Origin: Thermodesulfobacteriota bacterium
Lineage (GTDB): Bacteria > Desulfobacterota > Binatia > Bin18
Length of the DNA: 64,000 nucleotides
Direction of reading: 5' to 3'
NCBI GenBank assembly: GCA_964291405.2
Contig: OZ219926.1
Span: forward strand, 64,001 to 128,000
In this document: in pieces, positions 8,160 through 18,465 of the stretch
How the letters are laid out: each line of letters begins with the position of its first letter
How positions within the stretch are numbered: the first letter of the stretch is position 1
Translations under genes and position numbers: made by a program
The notes under the pieces: model-generated
Told to the model about the DNA's origin: nothing
Databases searched by the model: none
The model's input: only the letters and a program-made list of their open reading frames with translations

Positions 8160-10964
8160 CTACTCGACCTCGGTAATCACAAAATTCTGTTGGTTCTGTT
8201 GCCACGCCAGCGTGACCGTCTGCCCCAGGGCCGGGAAGTCCGCCACCACACATTCCCCCTCGACGCCCCGCAGAAACTCCGCGCCCAGCGTGGTCACGCG
8301 TACCGTCGCCCGCCCGAGTTCTTCCCCGTCCACATAGGCCGTGACGGTATGCTCCCCGTCGTCCAGCCGGTTCCAGTTGAACAACAGCCCAAACCCGTTG
8401 TCCGTGTCGCCACACACTGCTTCGGTGTCCAGCCGCTCGGTGCCGTAGCCCGCCTCCTGTCGCTCCGTCTCTCCATTCTCTGTCTCGAACTCAATCTCCA
8501 CCGTCTCGGCCTCGCACACCCAGCCCGAAATCACCCCAATCCCGCTCTGAAAGGAGTTGGAGCCCGGATTCTCCAGATACCCCACCCCGGCCGTCCCGGC
8601 CCGGTTCTCTCCGGTCGGGGCGGGGCCGGCCGCGATCACGAAGTTCTGACGCGCCTCCTGCCACTCCAGCGTGACCCGCTCGCCGGGACTCGGAAAGTCC
8701 GCCACCACGCACTCTCCCTCGGCCTCCCGGAGAAAGTCAGGCCCCAGTGTCGTCACGCGCACCGTGGCCCGCCCGAGTTCTTCTCCGTCCACGTAGGCCA
8801 CGACGGTATGTTCCCCATCCTCCAGCCGGTTCCAGTTGAATAACAACCCGAAGCCGGTGTCCACGTCCCCGCAGAACTCTTCCGTGTCCTCCCGCTCTGT
8901 CCCATACGCCGCCTCCTGGGGCATCCCGTTCAGTTCGATCACGACCGACTCGGCGGCACACACCCAACCCGAGATAACCCCGATGCCGCTCTGAAAGGAG
9001 GCGGGGCCGGGGTTCTCCAGGGTGCCGACGACCAGGGTGGTCTCCAGGGTGTAGGCCCCGGGCTGACCCGCTACGGCGATGATGACCACCCCGGCGGCGA
9101 CCGGGACGCTGAGCCGGAAGTTCTGGCGCTCGCCGCCCCGGTCGGCGGTGGCAAGGACCTCCCCGGCCTGCCACACGGTGCCCCGCGTATCGGTGGCCCC
9201 GGTGGTCTCGACCACGAAGATGCCGGCCTGGGGGAGGTCGAGGGTGAAGTAGTCCATGTCGTTCGGACTGTTGAGCTGCCCCGGCGTGATGGAGGCCCAG
9301 GGCGCCGCCGGGTCGAGGGGAACCGGGGTCGCCTGCCCGGGTGTGTCCCCGTGCTCGTCTTGGGGGAGAGAGCCGCCACCCCCTCCGCTACCCCCATTCC
9401 CGCCGCTCGGCGGTGGTGGAGGCGGTGGAGGCGGTGGTGGTAGTGATGTATCGTTCCTCACCGCCCGGTCGGTAAAATCCCGCGCCTTGTTCCTGACCAA
9501 ATCCTGGACGGGTGTCGCCTCCGTTCCGGTTGGCGCCGTATAACTCAACCGCACCTCGTCGCTCGTTCCGACCGCAGTGAGAAGGGTCAATGTGACCGTA
9601 CTGTCGTCTATCGACACGCCGGTGACCTCGTTCGACTCGCCCCCGACGGTCACCGCGAACGCATCGGATGCTGGTACCGAGTTCTCATCCAGCATCTCGT
9701 CATAGCGCAACGTCAGCGTCGCGCCATTGACGACAAGCGGATCATCTGTGACTAACTGTGGCCAGAGGCCATCCACCTTGTGTCCCTCGACGTCTGTCAG
9801 GGCGTCGAGAATCAGTATCGCGTCCTGGTTGTCGCTGTCGCGAATGGTCCCGTCGTGCAGGTCCAGCGCGTCGGCTGCGATGCTCAACCCGTTGGGGTCT
9901 TCGTCCCCGATCTCCGGGACATCGTACCCGAGGAGGCGCAGGATACTCGCAGGGAAGCGGTCGACACCCTCGGCGACGGTATACCTGAACACCAGGACCG
10001 TTGTCCCCGACCCACTCTCGTATGACGCGGCTCGCTCATAGGAGCCGGTGCTGTCGAAGGTGAGCCAGAGTTGAGGGGTACCCGTAACCGTGACACTCTC
10101 GCTGAACGTCACCTCGATCTCGATCACTTCCCCGCCAGCGTAGGTTTGTCGGGCTGCGGGCATTGAGCTGATCGCCACGCTGCTCACACCCACGACGGAG
10201 GTCGTCACCGCCTGATTGACCAGCGCCGCGACGCGGTTGCCTGCCTTGTCCTGGATGGGATCAGTTCCGACGGTATAACTCACCGTCACCTGGTCGGTTG
10301 CCGCCACCGCCGAAGCGAGGGTGAGCGTGACCGCGCGGGCGCTGATCGATACGTCGATCACAGCTCGCTCCGCGTTGTTCACCATCACCGCATAGTCGCT
10401 GGCGGGCGTCCGCGAATACAACCAGAGTGTGTCGTTGTAGGTCAGCACGAGATGCGTGCCGTGTACCGCCGCTGTCTGGAGGACCGGCGTAATGCCGTCG
10501 ACTTCAAGTCTATATCTCGGATCCTCATGCGCCTCGTGCTCCAGGTCTGCGTCGAGGTCGGCATTGTGCTTTTTAATGCTGCCACCGTTTAACTTGAGTG
10601 CATTGGCGTCAATCGTGACGTCGGGGGCTTCGTCGGTGTCCGCTACGGGGTAGTGGAAAACCAGGGCCGTTGAGGGCGGGCCGCTTTGATAATCGGCTTG
10701 GCGGGTCTTGGAGCCGATGGTCAGGTCGATTTGCGGCGTGCCAGTGACGGCCACGACCTCGCTGAAGGTCACGGTCACTTCGATGATGTCGGCAAGTTTG
10801 TAATCGTAGTAAATAGGTAACTCATCCGTACGTGAGAAAGCGATACTCTCGATCATCGGGGCATCTGTCTGGCCCCCGACGCTAGGGGGGAATAGTGCCA
10901 CCATGAACACGAGTAGGGCGGCGGTGAGACTCAACCTCCGTATCAATACTCGACAGAGTCTCAT
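8160..10964 (-). CDS. Modular secreted/surface protein: 2x(Ig-like + SwmB-like) repeats, Pro/Gly linker, PPC-like domain, two tandem C-terminal ~145-aa repeats
   Basis: Signal peptide; duplicated VTFSE.V.VTGTPQ and VTLTL..AV...D.V..SYT...PIQD units; poly-Pro; DMDYFTLDLP; two G.LENPG..SFQSGIGVISGWVC.A repeats. Confidence 0.8.
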   Translation of the reverse strand: MRLCRVLIRRLSLTAALLVFMVALFPPSVGGQTDAPMIESIAFSRTDELPIYYDYKLADIIEVTVTFSEVVAVTGTPQIDLTIGSKTRQADYQSGPPSTALVFHYPVADTDEAPDVTIDANALKLNGGSIKKHNADLDADLEHEAHEDPRYRLEVDGITPVLQTAAVHGTHLVLTYNDTLWLYSRTPASDYAVMVNNAERAVIDVSISARAVTLTLASAVAATDQVTVSYTVGTDPIQDKAGNRVAALVNQAVTTSVVGVSSVAISSMPAARQTYAGGEVIEIEVTFSESVTVTGTPQLWLTFDSTGSYERAASYESGSGTTVLVFRYTVAEGVDRFPASILRLLGYDVPEIGDEDPNGLSIAADALDLHDGTIRDSDNQDAILILDALTDVEGHKVDGLWPQLVTDDPLVVNGATLTLRYDEMLDENSVPASDAFAVTVGGESNEVTGVSIDDSTVTLTLLTAVGTSDEVRLSYTAPTGTEATPVQDLVRNKARDFTDRAVRNDTSLPPPPPPPPPPPSGGNGGSGGGGGSLPQDEHGDTPGQATPVPLDPAAPWASITPGQLNSPNDMDYFTLDLPQAGIFVVETTGATDTRGTVWQAGEVLATADRGGERQNFRLSVPVAAGVVIIAVAGQPGAYTLETTLVVGTLENPGPASFQSGIGVISGWVCAAESVVIELNGMPQEAAYGTEREDTEEFCGDVDTGFGLLFNWNRLEDGEHTVVAYVDGEELGRATVRVTTLGPDFLREAEGECVVADFPSPGERVTLEWQEARQNFVIAAGPAPTGENRAGTAGVGYLENPGSNSFQSGIGVISGWVCEAETVEIEFETENGETERQEAGYGTERLDTEAVCGDTDNGFGLLFNWNRLDDGEHTVTAYVDGEELGRATVRVTTLGAEFLRGVEGECVVADFPALGQTVTLAWQQNQQNFVITEVE

Positions 10965-11009
10965 GTTGAAAAGTCCTTACCAGTAAAAACGAGGAAATCC
11001 GTTTTTTTC

Positions 11010-12086
11010 TTAATACCGCGCCATAACCTTGTCCTTAAAATCGGCCAGCACCTTGCGGGCGCTGGCCATTGGCGGAAGCAGGCTGACTTCTTTGAGTCCG
11101 TTTTTCTCCGCGGCGCGCAGCTTGTCAAGAATCTCGTCTGGTGTCCCCACGATGCACGAACCCTCGATGGCTTTGGGTGTGATAAAACGTCGCTCCTCGG
11201 GCATCAGAAACGTGCAGTGGCCATTGTGAATCTGGAGATAACGTTTCTCCGCCGGGGTCTCCATTTTTTTCACATAGGCGCAGTATTCGTCCCAAATATC
11301 GTGGATGGACGGAGGAATCATCTCTTCCTTGCCGGTGAACTCGTAGATTTCATAGGCAAAATGCAGGACCGCCGACACCCATGAGCCGCATTCGTCTATG
11401 ACCCGCTCCGAGGTGAGGTCCTCGCCCGGTTCCAGCACAACAACAGAGGTGAGCGAGACGGTATGATAGTCGCTCAGGTCCCGGCCCACTCTGGCGGCCC
11501 CCTGACCCACATAGTCCATATTCAGATTCAGGACGGCCTCCTGCTCGTTCAACACCGAGATCAGACCATCGCCAAATTCGCCGGCGGCTTTGAGGGCCAG
11601 CGGTCCATTGGCCGCCACAATAATTGGAATGGGATGCTCCAGGTCGATGAATTTCAAATCCTGGTGCAAAAACCGGATGGTCCGCGTGGTGTCATTGAAG
11701 GTGTACTCGACCTCCTCGCCTTGCAGAAGAGTCCGGAGGACGCGCAGGTACTCGCGGAAGTCACGAATTTTCATGGGATTCATGCCCATGACGCGCATGG
11801 CGGTATGTCCCGTCCCGATGCCGAGAAAGGCGCGGCCCGGCGCCAGCCGATTAACCGAAGCAATCGAGTGGGCGGTGACCGGAGCGATCCGGGTGCCGGG
11901 GATGGCGACCCCGGTGCCGAGTTTAATCCGTGACGTGTTTTGCGCCGCCACGGCCAGCGTGGCGTAGCAGTCGGACCAGATCATCTGGGAATCGGGCACC
12001 CAGGCCCGGTCATAGCCCAGGTCTTCGGCGAATTTAATGAGTTGCCAGTCTCCGATATTCGTTGCCACCGTGACGCTGAACTCCAT
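11010..12086 (-). CDS. LLM-class flavin/F420-dependent oxidoreductase
   Basis: AEDLGYDRAWVPDS, TSRIKLGTGV, GRAFLGIGTG; GGAGGA RBS before MEFSV. Confidence 0.9.
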   Translation of the reverse strand: MEFSVTVATNIGDWQLIKFAEDLGYDRAWVPDSQMIWSDCYATLAVAAQNTSRIKLGTGVAIPGTRIAPVTAHSIASVNRLAPGRAFLGIGTGHTAMRVMGMNPMKIRDFREYLRVLRTLLQGEEVEYTFNDTTRTIRFLHQDLKFIDLEHPIPIIVAANGPLALKAAGEFGDGLISVLNEQEAVLNLNMDYVGQGAARVGRDLSDYHTVSLTSVVVLEPGEDLTSERVIDECGSWVSAVLHFAYEIYEFTGKEEMIPPSIHDIWDEYCAYVKKMETPAEKRYLQIHNGHCTFLMPEERRFITPKAIEGSCIVGTPDEILDKLRAAEKNGLKEVSLLPPMASARKVLADFKDKVMARY

Positions 12087-12275
12087 GGCCTCCTCCTTAC
12101 AGGGAAAAATTCTCTTGGGGGTCACCGGAGGCATACCATACCGGGGTGTCTTTCGCCATGTCCGGAGCAGCGCAAAACAATTGACAAACAGTAGGCCTGA
12201 ATGAGACAACCGCCTACAGGGTGGGCCGGAGGAGAGGAGAACGAGAGACCGGGGTCAGACGAAGGGAGGCGTCCA

Positions 12276-13421
12276 ATGGAAACATGCGATTTTCTCATTA
12301 TCGGAGCTGGTATAGCCGGGGCGTCGGTTGCCTTTGAGCTGGCTCCACACGGTCGGGTCATTGCCCTTGAGCGCGAAGCCGTGCCCGGCCATCATTCAAC
12401 CGGCCGGTCGGCCGCCGTCTTAACCCAGAATTACGGCAACTCCGTTATTCGACGCCTCACCCTGGCGACCCGACCGTTTCTGGAACATCCGCCGGACGGG
12501 TTTACCGAATACCCCCTGACCGCTCCCCGCCAGATGCTGTGGATCGCACGCGAGGATCAGAAGGCCGGTCTGGAGTCAACGCTTGGTGAGGCGCAGCGGC
12601 TGGTCCCCACGATTCGCGCGGTTGCACCCGCAGAGGCATACGCTCTGTGTTCTGCCTTACGACCCGGCTATGTCGCCTATGCCATCCTGGAGCCCCACGC
12701 CTTGGACTTGGACGTACATGCGATTCATCAGGGTTTCTTGCGGGGATTAAGAAACCGGGGTGGAACGGTGGTCACAAACGCCGAAGTGGTCCGGTTTCGG
12801 CAGACGGACGCGAGCTGGGAGGTCCAGACGCCCGACCAGCAATACGCAGCTGCGGTCGTGGTGAATGCGGCTGGGGCGTGGTGTGATGTCATTGGCCAGT
12901 TGGCAGGAGCGCACCCGGTCGGCCTGGTACCGAAACGCCGCACGGCCTTTACCTGTAACGGCCCTGCTGGGGTACCGCCGGAAGAACTCGCGGCGTGGCC
13001 GGTTATCATCGATAGTGATGAAGAATTCTATTTTAAGCCCGAGTCCGGCGGGATTCTTGCCTCTCCCGCGGATGAAACCCCGATGGACCCGTGTGATGTG
13101 TTTCCGGACGACTATGATGTGGCGGTTGCCATAGACCGTATTCAAAAAGCAACGACCTTGTCCATTGCCCATATTAACCGTAGATGGGCTGGATTGCGCA
13201 GCTTTGTCCCGGATAAAACACCCGTCGTGGGCATGGATAGCGAACGCGCCGGATTTTTCTGGCTAGCCGGGCAGGGCGGTTATGGTATCCAGACCTCGTC
13301 TGCGATGGGCCGTACCGCGGCCAGCCTGATAGTGAACCAGCGTTTACCTCAGGACTTAACCGATATGGGGCTCACGCCTGAGGACTTGGCGCCGATTCGG
13401 GTACAAGCGGAAAGAGACTAA
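12276..13421 (+). CDS. FAD-dependent oxidoreductase, DAO family (D-amino acid dehydrogenase-like)
   Basis: IIGAGIAGAS, HSTGRSAA, VVNAAGAW, WAGLRSF, GQGGYGIQTS. Confidence 0.88.
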   Translation: METCDFLIIGAGIAGASVAFELAPHGRVIALEREAVPGHHSTGRSAAVLTQNYGNSVIRRLTLATRPFLEHPPDGFTEYPLTAPRQMLWIAREDQKAGLESTLGEAQRLVPTIRAVAPAEAYALCSALRPGYVAYAILEPHALDLDVHAIHQGFLRGLRNRGGTVVTNAEVVRFRQTDASWEVQTPDQQYAAAVVVNAAGAWCDVIGQLAGAHPVGLVPKRRTAFTCNGPAGVPPEELAAWPVIIDSDEEFYFKPESGGILASPADETPMDPCDVFPDDYDVAVAIDRIQKATTLSIAHINRRWAGLRSFVPDKTPVVGMDSERAGFFWLAGQGGYGIQTSSAMGRTAASLIVNQRLPQDLTDMGLTPEDLAPIRVQAERD

Positions 13422-13430
13422 GGAGGGTAG

Positions 13431-14642
13431 GTGCGGAAGAAGGACAAGCGAATAAAGAGACGGGACGCGCTGAAATGGATTGCCGCTTCAGGTGCCGCAG
13501 CGTTCCTGGGGCGCTCTACATTGGTATCGCCGGTCTTTGCCCGAGATCAGAATATAGATCAGACCGTCCGCATTGGAGCCTTAATCCCCCTCAGCGGGGA
13601 TGCCGATACGTACGCCCGGCAGATGCGTCTTGGCATTGACACCGCGGTCGCCGAGATCAATGGCAGCGGCGGGGTCCTCGGCAGGAAGATCGCGGTTGAA
13701 TACCGCGACTCGGAAACAACTCCGGCGGTCCTGCCCGAGCGCTGCCGGGAGTTGGTTGACGAGTGGGGGGCGATCGCCCTTATCGGACCGTGGGCCGCGG
13801 CCGGGCGGAAGTATGCGGCCCGTTTTCTCTCCGAGCGCAACATTCCCCTGGTGAATGCGAGCAATCATGCGGGGGGCTTTTGTTCGCCCGTCCTGTTCTC
13901 CCTGGGCCCGACTACGAGTCAGGATGGACATGCCCTCGTCCGCTATCTGGACGAAGAAGAGCAGATTAAAGATTATTTCATGCTGGGTTCGTATCCCAGT
14001 TGGCAGAATACGATGTTCCGTCAACTGCGCCTTCCGATGTATCAGCGCGGCCACCACGTCCACGGCCAGGCCCTGACCTCAACTGGAGAGCGGCAGTTCC
14101 GGCCCATCATCCGCTGGATTCAAGAGACGAATACGGCCTCGGTGTTGTTTTGCGTGATGCGGAAGCATGGGCAAGAATTTCTCCATCAAGCCAGCGAGCT
14201 TGGTCTGCTGAATAAACTCACCGTCGGCTGGATCGGGTTTAACGACGCTCTGGTTGACGGACTCACGTCCGAAGAACTGAAACGGATTGTGACCTCGAGT
14301 CCGTTTGTCGCGAGTGACCCTGAAGGCGGTGTGCCCGATTTTGTTGCGCGGGTGCGCTCTCAGCACGGCAGCAATACTCCTGTTGGCTACCATGCCTTGA
14401 CGCATTATAACGCGGTGAAAGCGCTCAAGGCGGCCTGGGAAAAAAGCGGAGAGGTGAGTGCCGCTTCGGCACTCACGGGGCTGCGCGGGTTGAGCTTCGA
14501 GTCGCCGACAGGTCCGGTGGCCATAGACGCGGCAAATCAGCACGCAACCATGCCTATTGTGGTTGCCCGTGGCAGCAAGGAAGGGCTACAGCTTGTCAAA
14601 AGACTCGGCCCCCTTGACCCGGACCCAGGTTGCAGTATCTGA
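13431..14642 (+). CDS. Tat-exported periplasmic binding protein, LivJ/AmiC/UrtA-like
   Basis: KRRDALK twin-arginine signal; IGALIPLSG, AEINGSGGVLGRKI, FESPTG. Confidence 0.82.
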   Translation: MRKKDKRIKRRDALKWIAASGAAAFLGRSTLVSPVFARDQNIDQTVRIGALIPLSGDADTYARQMRLGIDTAVAEINGSGGVLGRKIAVEYRDSETTPAVLPERCRELVDEWGAIALIGPWAAAGRKYAARFLSERNIPLVNASNHAGGFCSPVLFSLGPTTSQDGHALVRYLDEEEQIKDYFMLGSYPSWQNTMFRQLRLPMYQRGHHVHGQALTSTGERQFRPIIRWIQETNTASVLFCVMRKHGQEFLHQASELGLLNKLTVGWIGFNDALVDGLTSEELKRIVTSSPFVASDPEGGVPDFVARVRSQHGSNTPVGYHALTHYNAVKALKAAWEKSGEVSAASALTGLRGLSFESPTGPVAIDAANQHATMPIVVARGSKEGLQLVKRLGPLDPDPGCSI

Positions 14643-14656
14643 ATGCGGAGGAATGT

Positions 14657-15097
14657 ATGCCTGACTCAGAACCACTGTATCCGAAAAGATTCTTCCGCCG
14701 GTATGGTTGGCTCATCATGCTCGGGCTCCTGGGCGCGTGCGCTCCGCGACCGCAGGGTGACCTTGCGGCTCTGCGGCGAGCCGAAATCCCGAGCGACATC
14801 ACGGACGCGCGCGGTCGCGTCGTCTCAAGCCGAGCGCTGAAAGCCTATAAAACATCTCAAGTCCGCACAGTCGAAAAGCAGTACGCAACGGCTGACCATG
14901 CCCTGTCACAATTGCCGGGGGTTGTGGCGGTTCGACCCGGCTACGGGGTTGTGTATGTCTATACCAGTCGGCCTGCGGAAGTGCCGGCGGAATTTGAGGG
15001 GACCCCTGTCAGGGCCCTACCGCCGGAATTTGTAAACGGCGTCTCCGAAGAATGGGTGACGCCGGATCAGCTTCCACCGCTTGGTCAGGGCAATTAA
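14657..15097 (+). CDS. Hypothetical lipoprotein
   Basis: GGAGG RBS; LGLLGAC lipobox. Confidence 0.6.
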   Translation: MPDSEPLYPKRFFRRYGWLIMLGLLGACAPRPQGDLAALRRAEIPSDITDARGRVVSSRALKAYKTSQVRTVEKQYATADHALSQLPGVVAVRPGYGVVYVYTSRPAEVPAEFEGTPVRALPPEFVNGVSEEWVTPDQLPPLGQGN

Positions 15098-15116
15098 CAG
15101 CAGAAGGAGAAAATCT

Positions 15117-15896
15117 ATGGCCGAATATGTCAGTGTTGCAGAAGCAAGAAAGCAGTCCGGTATGCGGATGGTCCTGGGCCAAGGTATCCCTGGTCCGTGG
15201 GCGGAAGGGATTCGGGGCATTCTGGACGTGAAGAAGATTCCGTACACGCGCGGGCTGTTCGAGATCGGCTCCGACCACGCCGACCTGATTGCCTGGACGG
15301 CGCAGGCCTCCGCGCCGGCGATTGCCTGGAATGATGAACTCCCAAAATCAAACTGGGCCGAGCAGCTCTATTTGGCGGAACGCATCCAACCTGAGCCTGC
15401 GCTTATTCCGGCCGATCAAGCCGACCGGATCAAAATGTTCGGCTACGCCAATGAACTATGCGGCATGCACGGCTTTGGCTGGAGTCGACGCTTGATGATG
15501 GTGCATATGGGTCTGTCCACACCGGACCTGCCGGAAGAGCAACGGGCCTTCTTCCAAGCCTTTGGCACAAAATACGGCTACTCGCCTGAGGCCGCGGAAG
15601 CCGCTCCCGCGCGGGTCATCGCAATCCTGAACGCCCTGAGCAGCCTGCTTGAAGAGCAGCAGGCCCAGGGCAGTCGCTATTTTATCGGCACCAGGCTGTC
15701 AGCCCTGGACATTTATTGGGCCGGCTTCTCGCATCTGATTGAGCCCCTGCCGCCTGAGGAGTGCCCGATGCTCGAAGACTTCCGTCCGCTCTACCAGAAC
15801 CATGATCCCGGCGTGGCCGCCGCGGCCACACAGATACTCATGGACCACCGGCATTTCATCTACGCGGAGCACCTGGGTCTGCCCATGGATTTGTGA
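15117..15896 (+). CDS. Glutathione S-transferase-like protein
   Basis: PGPWAE, ERIQPEPALIP, YFIGTRLSALDIYWA (GST C-terminal N-capping box). Confidence 0.72.
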   Translation: MAEYVSVAEARKQSGMRMVLGQGIPGPWAEGIRGILDVKKIPYTRGLFEIGSDHADLIAWTAQASAPAIAWNDELPKSNWAEQLYLAERIQPEPALIPADQADRIKMFGYANELCGMHGFGWSRRLMMVHMGLSTPDLPEEQRAFFQAFGTKYGYSPEAAEAAPARVIAILNALSSLLEEQQAQGSRYFIGTRLSALDIYWAGFSHLIEPLPPEECPMLEDFRPLYQNHDPGVAAAATQILMDHRHFIYAEHLGLPMDL

Positions 15897-15910
15897 GGTT
15901 CGGCGGAAGG

Positions 15911-15938
15911 GTAGGGGCAATTCATGAATTGCCCCTAC
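15911..15938. repeat. REP palindrome GTAGGGGCAATTCATGAATTGCCCCTAC, copy 1
   Basis: Perfect 28-bp palindrome with a GTAG end, between convergent genes; identical copy at 17355. Confidence 0.85.
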
Positions 15939-15942
15939 AGGT

Positions 15943-16884
15943 TTAGCGCTGATGATAGAGCGGATGCCCCCGCACGCTGGTATGCACACGACTGAAGTGG
16001 TCGCCTTCCAAATTGGCAAAATAGAGGTCCTGCATATCCGGACCGCCGAACGCACAGTTGGTGGGAAAATTCAGCTTTTGCCCTTCGGGATCATCAATCA
16101 ACAGACTCCACTGCCCATTGGTATCCACTTTGATGATCTGATGGGCCGGAGCCATATTGACGCCCTGGTGGGCAATACCCTGGAGCGCATGTGAGCCGCC
16201 GATCTTGGCCGGCAGCGTGACGTAAAGATTGCCGTCAACGTCAAAGGCCATTCCGTCGGGCAGGGCGGGGAAGTCTTTGGAGTAGATTTCGGGTGGGCCA
16301 AAAGTCCCGTCTTTCTTGATTTGAATGCGCAGACAGTCGTCCCGGGTGCTTTCCAGCACGTAGACCGCGTCTTCATCCGGTGCGATGGCGGTGCCGTTGG
16401 CAAGGTAAATACCGGTGGCAACGACATCGCCTTGGCCGTCCGGGCGGATACGGACCAGCGCGCCATTCGGGGCCGGCTGGGCCAACTCGTCCAGCGCCTT
16501 TTCCAGCGTCGGAGCGCTCGAAGAATTGGAGACGTATAAATTTCCCTCCGCGTCATAGCTGGCGAAATTCGGCATAGTGAGCTTTACATCGCCCACCTGG
16601 TCGGCAATGAGCGAGACCTGGCCGTCCTGGGAAACGCGCATCACGGCCTGCTTGGCCAGGTCGCAGTAGACGATATTGCCTTCACGGTCCATGGTCACGC
16701 CGTTGGGCATGGAGCCCTCCGGTAACTGGACCACTTCACTCACTACCCCGTCCGGGGTCACTCGGTACACGATGCCGTCGCGACCCGCGCCATAGGCCGA
16801 GCCATCTTTATCAATGACCACGCCTTCGGCCTGAAGAACGCCTCGCCCAAAAATTTCTACCTGGTCCAGAGAAAATGTCGTCAC
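15943..16884 (-). CDS. SMP-30/gluconolactonase/LRE family protein
   Basis: AEGVV, PNG, ANG, PDGMAFD.DGNLYV, PTNCAFGG. Confidence 0.9.
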   Translation of the reverse strand: MTTFSLDQVEIFGRGVLQAEGVVIDKDGSAYGAGRDGIVYRVTPDGVVSEVVQLPEGSMPNGVTMDREGNIVYCDLAKQAVMRVSQDGQVSLIADQVGDVKLTMPNFASYDAEGNLYVSNSSSAPTLEKALDELAQPAPNGALVRIRPDGQGDVVATGIYLANGTAIAPDEDAVYVLESTRDDCLRIQIKKDGTFGPPEIYSKDFPALPDGMAFDVDGNLYVTLPAKIGGSHALQGIAHQGVNMAPAHQIIKVDTNGQWSLLIDDPEGQKLNFPTNCAFGGPDMQDLYFANLEGDHFSRVHTSVRGHPLYHQR

Positions 16885-16917
16885 AGGTATGCTCCTTTTG
16901 CTGTCCTCACGAGGCCG

Positions 16918-17334
16918 TTACGGCGTTGTCAGGCGCACCCGTTCCCCGTCCAGTTCAAGCGTGGTCTTGGAGTAGGTGAGTTTCTGAATGATCTTGCCGT
17001 CTTTGAAGTGCAGGACATCGATCCCACGGCGGGCTTCGTGTTTTTTCTCCTGGCCCTTCTCAAACGAAGGGGAGTCGAGCTGCCACCGGTAGAGCATTTT
17101 TTGATCGATCTCATCGATGAAGGTCTCTTCGTCCGTAAATTTGAACCCCCCATGATTGGCAAACCAGGGAGTCCAGGCCTGGCGCAGATTTTCCTTGCCC
17201 CTGACCCAGCCTCCGGTCCAGTTCTCGAAGTAAATCTCGTCGTGAAATAAATCCATTACGCCATCGAGGTCGTGCTCGTTCCAGGCAACCCCCCATTTGG
17301 CGAACGCGCTAGACATCTCGTCTCGTGTCAACAT
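16918..17334 (-). CDS. NTF2-like/SnoaL family protein
   Basis: AWNEHDLDGVMDLF, RGIDVLHFKDGKI; AAGGAG RBS. Confidence 0.85.
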   Translation of the reverse strand: MLTRDEMSSAFAKWGVAWNEHDLDGVMDLFHDEIYFENWTGGWVRGKENLRQAWTPWFANHGGFKFTDEETFIDEIDQKMLYRWQLDSPSFEKGQEKKHEARRGIDVLHFKDGKIIQKLTYSKTTLELDGERVRLTTP

Positions 17335-17354
17335 GGTCTTCTCCTTTCGTGAGG

Positions 17355-17382
17355 GTAGGGGCAATTCATGAATTGCCCCTAC
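17355..17382. repeat. REP palindrome GTAGGGGCAATTCATGAATTGCCCCTAC, copy 2
   Basis: Identical to 15911-15938. Confidence 0.85.
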
Positions 17383-17385
17383 GTA

Positions 17386-18270
17386 TTACGATACGTCTTG
17401 GACTTGCTTGGCAAACGACCGAACCTCCTGAGCAATACTATCCGGGTCGCGGCTGAGCGGAACGGTGTATAAGACCTTCACCCCCAGGTCGCGGTAGGTT
17501 TTGATATCGTCCGGCGTGGTCCGGGTCGGGTCAGTCATAGCCGTCAGTTCGAGGTCGTCATAATTCCGTCCGGCCTCGTCCATGAGCCGTTTCAGTTGAT
17601 CCAGCATGGGCCGAATCTGGTTAAAGGTCAGCAGGGCAATATGCCACCCGTCGCCAAACCGGGCCACCCGTTTCAGGGCGTATACCGATTCTCCGCCAAC
17701 CCAGATGGGCGGGTGGGGTTTCTGGAGGGGGCGCGGGAGCACATTGACATCTTCTTCCAGCTTAACGAACTCGCCCGCATAGCGCGGGCTGTCTTCGGTC
17801 CACAGCGCCTTCATCATCTCGATATATTCACGCGTGCGCTTACCGCGGCGCTGAAAGGGAACGCCCAGCAGATTGAACTCTTCTTCAAGCCAGCCCACCC
17901 CGGTGCCGAGAATGAAGCGCCCGCCGGACAAGACATCGATGGTGGCGACCCGCCGTGCCACATCAAAAGGGTGGCGGTAGGGGACAATCAGGACGCTCAG
18001 GCCGAGCCGGACCTTTTCGGTAATCCCGGCGAGAAAGGCGATGGTATCGAACGGGTCCAGCCATTCCATGCTGGTATAAATATCGTAATTCGGTTTTCCG
18101 TCGTTATATTCCTCATACGGCCACGGCGAGGCAATGGTTTTGGGCAGGACAATATGATCACCGATAAGGAGCGAGTCGCAGCCTTCCTCCTCGGCAATAC
18201 GGGCAACATCCATGAGGACCTTCCGGTCACACACCGAAGCGCCGCCGGCTAAGTGCAAGCCGTATTTCAT
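17386..18270 (-). CDS. LLM-class probable F420-dependent oxidoreductase
   Basis: DHIVLP, VLIVPYRHP, DVLSGGRFILGTGVGW, PRPLQKPHPPIWVGG. Confidence 0.9.
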   Translation of the reverse strand: MKYGLHLAGGASVCDRKVLMDVARIAEEEGCDSLLIGDHIVLPKTIASPWPYEEYNDGKPNYDIYTSMEWLDPFDTIAFLAGITEKVRLGLSVLIVPYRHPFDVARRVATIDVLSGGRFILGTGVGWLEEEFNLLGVPFQRRGKRTREYIEMMKALWTEDSPRYAGEFVKLEEDVNVLPRPLQKPHPPIWVGGESVYALKRVARFGDGWHIALLTFNQIRPMLDQLKRLMDEAGRNYDDLELTAMTDPTRTTPDDIKTYRDLGVKVLYTVPLSRDPDSIAQEVRSFAKQVQDVS

Positions 18271-18465
18271 GAATCCCCTCCTTTAGGCATCAATAGAGAA
18301 TAAAACTGCCCACGTCGTAGCGAAAAGATGCGTATCACGCAAGGGAGAATGCCCGGAAACGGCTGTGGCCTTGCTCCTCTAGATACTTTTCCCGGCATAG
18401 TATTGCTTGACAGCCTGAAAGAGTTACTTCACAGTTATTTTATTGTGGACGAGCAATGTAAGGTG

